Source of the DNA: the human T2T-CHM13v2.0 reference genome, Homo sapiens
DNA length: 64,000 nucleotides
Strand: one strand, 5' to 3'
Assembly: GCF_009914755.1 (NCBI RefSeq)
Contig: NC_060928.1
Shown: piece after piece, positions 47,930-64,000 of the stretch
How positions within the stretch are numbered: the stretch's first letter is position 1
Layout of the letters: the number at the start of each line of letters is the position of its first letter
Made by a program: the position numbers and the translations under genes
The notes under the pieces: generated by a model
Databases searched by the model: none
What the model was told of the DNA's origin: nothing
Seen by the model: the letters and a program-made list of their open reading frames with translations, nothing else

Positions 47930-48430
47930 CACCATTAAAGATAAATAGCCAAAAGAAGATGAATTAGAAATGCCCATGTCACCAATAAACTTATGAAATA
48001 AACGTATAAAGGTATTTGACCTTACTAGAAAATAAATTGATTTTGTTTTGTTTCTTAAATAATATTCAAATCTAGCACCTAAGATAAGCACTCTGATAAA
48101 ATAATGGTGGCAGTGTACAACTGGTACAATGTTTATGAAAAGCAACTTAGAAGCACGTACTAAATGACTAATAAAAGTACATATCCTATGAATCAGCTAT
48201 TTAACTTTTAAATATTTGTCTAAGAAAATAAAGATGTACAGTAAAATTTAGTTAAAAGGATCCTCATCAGAAAAATAGAAAAAAATGGAGTCCAATCTAA
48301 CTATCCAACAATAAGTAACAGATTATAACTGATGGTAATTGTATATAACATAATTTTTAAAAAGCCACTAAACATGGTTTATAGAAACCTGTTTAATGCA
48401 GGTAAGAGCATCACAATACATTAAATGTGA

Positions 48431-48754
<324 letters not shown>

Positions 48755-48850
48755 AAGAGTTGTTAAGCTGTATATTTAATACTTATAAAAGTGTATGCAT
48801 TAAAAAAATTAGAATGGATGCACTGAATTTTTACTTTAATAGTGGTTATC

Positions 48851-50613
<1,763 letters not shown>

Positions 50614-50947
50614 AATAGTGGTTATCTCTGGGAGTGATGTTTCCAACCTTCTTCTTACTTATCTATATATTTTAATGTTGGCATACAGAGACTATCTAAA
50701 AAAAAAAAAAAAAAAAAAAAAGAAGCAGTTGCTTCAAAACTTACACCAGTGAGAAATTCCACAGAAAAGCTGAGAACATTCCTAACAAGGGTCCCTTTAT
50801 GTATGCACTTAACATAACATATGGAAATTATTTAGTTTTCTGCCTCACTAAAGTGGCCTCCCACAAAATAGGAACTATAGTCTCACTCTCAATTTCTTTT
50901 TTTATTCCTAATGCCTATTACACTGTGTGGCATAATAGCAGGCTGAG

Positions 50948-51242
<295 letters not shown>

Positions 51243-51389
51243 TAGCAGGCTGAAGGAATAACTTTTCACAGAGAACCCAAAAGACTCTCTAAGAAACCAA
51301 AGGTTTAGATTCTGTACAGAAAACCCAGAGAATCACCTAGGAAATAGCCAAGACTAGCCACAGAATCTCTCACTAAATACAAATTTCAT

Positions 51390-52262
51390 TTAACCAGCTC
51401 AGATAAAAAAAATCCTGGTATTTTCCTGCACCTCCCCCTTCTGTCTCCCAATCCATTAACAAATCCAACTGAAGAAATCCTCTTGTTTCTACATGTAAAA
51501 TGTGTTCTCACAACCATTCTCACCATTTCACTGCCACCATGCTTGTCCAAGCCAGAAGTCATCTCTTGCCCATACATAGACCAGCAATAGTCCCCTGGTT
51601 GGTCTCCAGGCTTCCACTCTCCTGCACTGTAGCCTTCACACAACAGAGTGACCTTTAAAAAGGCAAATCTAATCATGCTACTCTAAGCTCAAAGCCTCCA
51701 ATAACTTCCCATCACATGTAGAATAAAAGCCAAAGTGTTTCCTATGGCTCACAGCCTTTCATGATGTGCCCTAGACTTTGAACTCCTCTCCTACCCTCTG
51801 GTTCCCAGGTCTCCAGCCACACTGGCCTGCTGACTATTCCTGAAACTTGTCAAGCTCGTGCCTGCCTCAGGGCCTCTATCCTCCCCACTCCTGTGTTTTT
51901 CCTCTTTGCTGGAAATGCACTTCTCCTTAAAAGTGACCTTTTCAAACAGGTCTTTTTGTTTAGAAGTCACCTTATCAAAATACCTATCTTGAACCACTTT
52001 TTAAAAAATAGCAATGCTTTCCAACCAGCCTTCACTGTCTCTTCCTTTAACCTGCTCAATTTTTCTTCAGTGTGCCACCTGCCTTACATTATTTATTAAT
52101 TTGGTATATATGTCTATCTCCTCCATTAGAATGTCCATTAGGGAAAGGACTTTGTTTTCTTTACCACTCGATTTCAAGTACTTAGAATAGTGCCTGCCAC
52201 ATTAGAGGTACAAAATAAATATGAGATAATTAACTAGGTGAATAGATAAATAAATGAATGAT
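51390..52262 (+). mobile_element. L2 fragment(s)
   Basis: L2-like ACAACAGAGTGACCTTTAAAA...CTTAGAATAGTGCCTGCCACATT...AAATGAATG tail. Confidence 0.65.
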
Positions 52263-52444
52263 ATCACCAAGATATGTTTCAAGTTCTTACACAAACACAA
52301 TATTTGGCCCAGTGTCTACTATAAACGGTAGAATATTTCCTCAAGTCAACACCAAAAAGGGATGTTATAATAAAGCAGGTCGGACAACAGTCTCACATTA
52401 CTGAATAACGATACTGATCTGATGTTGATGATTGCTTCTTTACT

Positions 52445-53210
52445 TTTTTTCTTTTTTTTTTTTTTTTTGAGAGAGGGTGTCACTCTGTTGCCCAGGTTGG
52501 AGTACAGATCACGGCTCACTGCAGCCTCAACCTCCTGGGCTCAAACGATCCTCCCACCTCAGCCTCCCTCGTAGCTAGGACCACAGGTGTACGCCACCAC
52601 GCCCAGTTAATTTTTTAATTTTTTGTAGAGACAGGGTCTCGCCAGTTGCCCAGACTGGTCTAAACTCCACCTACCTCTGCCTCCCAAGTGCTGGGATTAT
52701 AGGCATGAGCCACTGTGCCCAGCCTGATGATTATTTTCAACAGGCCTTGTGTTTCCTAAGCCCCAAAAGCCTTCCCATTTCTCATTCCACTGCCATTTGA
52801 GACCCATGGCCACCTGATTGAAACCTCAAGGTTTTGCTAAGAATTTATGAAGAGAGTTAAGAAATCTCTTCAAATTGTTCCTATGAGGAAGTTATTTCAT
52901 ACTATGAGCAAATTCATTTTCATTAAGTATCTGTTGTAACCAAACGTTGTTTCTTAGCTTCTTAGCTCTGTAATATGGCACAATAATCTGACTTACTGAA
53001 GCCACTCATTATTTCCCATTGGCTTAATTCTTTCTTTCTTTTTTTTTTTTTTTAGAGATAGAATCTCTCTATGTTGGCCATGCTGGTCTTGAACTCTTGG
53101 CCTCAAGAAATTTTCCCACCTCGGCCTCATAGACTCTTTCTATGTTGGCCATGCTGGTCTTGAACTCCTGGACTCAAGGGATCCTCCTACCTTGGCCTCC
53201 CAAAGCTCTC
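52445..53210 (-). mobile_element. Two reverse Alu elements (52445-52725; monomer 53030-53210 with internal duplication)
   Basis: Poly-T plus reverse Alu; second flanked by CCCATTGGCTTAATT duplication. Confidence 0.85.
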
Positions 53211-53989
53211 ACGTACCAGCACCCATTGGCTTAATTATTTCAGTAAAATCAGGCAAGGAGGAACCCTACAAAATAAACACAGGCATTCTCAAAGCAGATA
53301 TAAGTGAAAACTCAGAGTATACTGTGGTCAGCTGTGTTCTCTATCACAAGTAGTTTGTCAACTTAAAATAAAGTACTAAAGTTTGGGAATGATCTACTCT
53401 AAAAATACATCGGACAATGGTCAATGTCATTTACAACATTCACCTCCTTTCTGATACACATCTCAGGAAAAAAAAAAAAAAACTACTAAGTACCAGGTCA
53501 GAAATTTGGCACAACCCTAGATGACCACCTTGTCATGCAAATAAACTTAGAATGGTGCTCCTGAAAGTCAGCCACAGTGCTTCAAAAACACATGATTTTT
53601 TAAAACACCAAACTAAGCATACCACATAGTATAGAGACCAGGCTATGGAGTTGAGACCACCTGGGTTAGAATTCCATTTCTTTCCATTTAGTTGCTGTCA
53701 CCTTCCTAATTTCTCTGTGTTCCATAATTCCATATTATCCATAAAATTCAGATATGAACACTTACTATACAGAGTTGTTATGAGGATTGGACAATGTATG
53801 CATCCCACAAGTAGATCAATTACAAGTACATTTTGCCCCAAGTAAAGACAACACGTGGGAACGCTGTGCAAGAGGGAACAGCAAAAGCAGTTGGAGGATG
53901 GAAGTCAGTTTGCAAACCTATGCGCACAGGCAGCCAAACACGAAAACGTTCCCCACAAGTAGTCTGTAAATTGGAGACTCCATTGGGAT

Positions 53990-54013
53990 ACACACACACA
54001 CACACACACACAC
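53990..54013. repeat. (CA)n microsatellite ~600 bp into intron 1
   Basis: About 12 perfect CA units. Confidence 0.95.
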
Positions 54014-54429
54014 GCCCTGAGAGGAAATAGCACCTTTCTTCATCACCAAGTTAGCCTTAAAAATTATTTACCCGTTGTTAGCCACACTAGCACTGACAAA
54101 CCCAACTTTACTCTTGTAGGTCATTCTCCACAACGTCTGTGCTGCGTCAATCCCAAATCTGACTCCCTGACGCTTAACAGCGAAAATAAAAAACCGAGAC
54201 ATTACTCAATAGAGTTAACCCTTACTTAACAAAACGCTGTTGTCCCCTGTGGCGTGCAGACAGTAGAGACAGTAATTCCCGACCTTATGCTTGTCAGTGA
54301 CGGCATGCCCTTTGTATACACGCTTCAGTAGAGAACGACTGCAGTAAGTAAACTGCTAGTAGCAACACTGTTCCCCTATCTAAACTTCCCCTTTCCAGAG
54401 TTACTGATGTCCCAACATGGGTCGGTCGC

Positions 54430-55110
<681 letters not shown>

Positions 55111-56108
55111 GGAGGCAAGAATCTTGCACGGTAATTGGGACAGAAAGATCCCTGGGCGCGCAGTGGCACAAAGCCTCGGGAGATCAGAGACCGACTGTAC
55201 GTGGAGACCATAGCTGGAGAGTCCCCTCACTCCTTCAGAGAACCCAAACTGGGAGACAACCCACCACTTCCCTTCCGCCAAATTTACACAGACCCTCGTC
55301 TACCTGGTAGCGTAACACTCACCCCGCTGCAGCTCAACTCGCGGGTCTCAGAGCCTACCCCGCCCTTCAAAGAGTAAACAAGTACTAGCAGTATCTCCAT
55401 CAGAAGGTTGTTCTGAGGGCTAACCAAGAAAATGCGACTATAGCATGCAGCATGGAGCCTGGCCCAGAGAAGGCATTCACGTTAGCTATTGTTACTAGCG
55501 GCCTGCGTCCTTATGTTTCATAAAGCCCCACGGAGGTTTCTGAGGTTCTGGAACCTGCACTAGGCGCGCAGCTGAGTTTAAAATCCTCTGCACTCACTAG
55601 CTGTGGGACCTGGGCAAGCCGCAAAATCTCCATCTCCGTTTCTTGAAGTTTTCAAGGTGTTATAAGTATAAAATGAGTAAACATATGTGATCGTCCCTAA
55701 CAATGCCAGAGTACCCAAGAAATACCACTGACTTATTTCGGGTCTTGTAGTCAAATGGTCTACCTGAGTCCCATTTTTGCAATAGGATGTAACAGTAATC
55801 CTAGAAGTTAAGACGGAATTTTACATTGCATAAAATAGACTGCCTTTCTCCTGTGTTGACGCTATCTGCCGTATATTTATGCTTCGGAAGAAGTCCTTGA
55901 AAAGAAATTTTCTCTCATCAAATCTGAGCTTTGTTTCGCCTTACAATGGCCTTGGAATTGCCTGATTCTGCAGACACCGGGCAATATCTTACTTTGCAAA
56001 GTCAGCATTATTTACAAGCCCTGAATATCTTGGCTTAAAGGACAGTATGGATTATCCAACCCAAGCCGCTGGCTTTACAGATGAGGGAACTGAGTTCAAA
56101 GAGATCGG

Positions 56109-56412
<304 letters not shown>

Positions 56413-57746
56413 GATCAGGTGACTTGCCTGTCACATAGTGGCAGACAGGATTAGAACCCTCCTCTTCAAGGTCCTACTGTCAGAGCCCAATGATGCTATA
56501 GGGGAAACGCTCTCACTGCTTCAAAGCCTTCCTCACTCACTCCAGAAGCATTTTTACCTTTGATAGAAACAAAGCTCTCAATTCAAATTATATGCCATAA
56601 TTCACGGCATTAAATGGCTAGCCATGGTCTGTGCAACACTGATAACACAAGGTTTATGGCAACAAGAGCGGCAAAGGAATTTTTTCATAATTCCCAGAGA
56701 TTTCATTAAGCCAAATCAGAGGAAAATTCATCCTTGATGATACATATGGATATATTCTGTTTATTAAGAAATACTTAAGAAATATAATTTTTAGAAAAAC
56801 AATAATAGAAGATTCTCATTCCTCCTTTCATTCCAGGATGCAAGCATAACATCATTTAGGTTACTTCACTTTGACAACAGAGAACATCAAAGAATAATCA
56901 AAGCCCTAATAAGTACTCTTCCTAAAATTGCAATTGGCACAGATGACATGATGTTTTCATTTTGTTATAGGATAATTTTTGTCCATGATTTTCTGGTAAA
57001 TAAACCTTATTTAGAGATAACATAAAACTTCTCAACTTATGTAATTTAAAGTCATGATACCAAATGCAATGTTTAAAATAGTTATGGGTATCTTTAACTT
57101 ACACTGTATAAACAGATTTCATTTTGATCATTTCATTTGATGCTTCCCAAAACTTGAATTATTTAGAACAAGTGATCGTTCCCTGGTTTAAAAAGATAAA
57201 TAATGCCCACGGTGATTAAATGATGTGTAGGGTCAGTATCCTGTCACAACAGACCAATGGAAGTAGTTAGGCCCTTTGCTATATGACAACATTTCCTTCA
57301 TATCTAAATATATAAAATTGGTAAACTCATTAGAACACCATGGTATATACCAAGGCCAATGATATTCCAATCCCATGATATATTACAGAAGTTATAATAA
57401 GGGAAAGAAAATGAAAGAGTAATCAGATGTGGAGTGGACATTTGCCTTTAGACTCATAGTGTCTGATTAAACCCCAGGACTGGGGATAATAGCCCATAAG
57501 TATCCTGCCCAAAGGTTTGACATACTTCCCCAGAGTTTGAAGCCCCAAATGTTAGAACAAAGAGAGAAGGTAGTGGAAACTATGTACACCACTAGAATTT
57601 GGTGTGTCAAGGATGCATATGCATGAGTTTCCTATAAACCAAGAGGACACCGTAGGAAGTAACCAGGCTTGAGCCAGTATAATGGGATTCTACCCAAGAG
57701 AGTCCAAGAAGTGAACTAGAGGACACATGGCCTATGTCAGCAAACT

Positions 57747-58005
57747 GTGTATATATATACATATACTGTATATATACATATATACATATACGTATATATA
57801 TACATATATACATATACGTATATATATACATATACTGTATATATACATACATACATATACTGTATATATACATATATACATACATATACAAATATATATT
57901 TTAAATATATATAATTTATATAATAATATAAATATATAAAAATATATAATATAATTATATAATATAATATAATTATATAATTAGGAATATAATATATTAT
58001 ATTCC
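57747..58005. repeat. (TA/TACA)n low-complexity repeat
   Basis: Alternating purine-pyrimidine tract with repeated ATATACTGTATATATAC units, then an AT-only stretch. Confidence 0.93.
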
Positions 58006-58029
58006 TAAATAATGCATGGGTCAAAACAA

Positions 58030-64000
<5,971 letters not shown>

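Overview
Primate, almost certainly human, genomic DNA containing the 5' part of the lysosomal beta-mannosidase gene MANBA on the minus strand. The window holds the CpG-island promoter (~54430-55110) and coding exons 1-5 (54620-54796, 20488-20582, 17761-17866, 16770-16940, 8338-8461). All five have GT/AG boundaries and join into one continuous frame; the gene continues off the left edge. The rest is mostly transposon-derived: L1s, about 28 Alus, a HERV-L provirus with an MLT2A LTR, solo LTRs and MER58. The 34-kb first intron holds three retroposed insertions with visible target-site duplications (TSDs). (1) A 4.2-kb composite: an LRRC37 exon with intronic flanks, a nested LTR and a KRT8 retrocopy, with its A-tail on the strand antisense to those genes. 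(2) A full-length MANBAL retrocopy with an intact 85-codon ORF. (3) A WDR12 processed pseudogene. I found no new protein-coding system. The most interesting observations are the antisense composite retrocopy, the MANBAL copy inside MANBA, an L1 3' transduction, a sense-oriented MLT2A LTR and a templated-insertion scar. Gene and repeat-family names come from recognition, not database searches, and most repeat boundaries are approximate.
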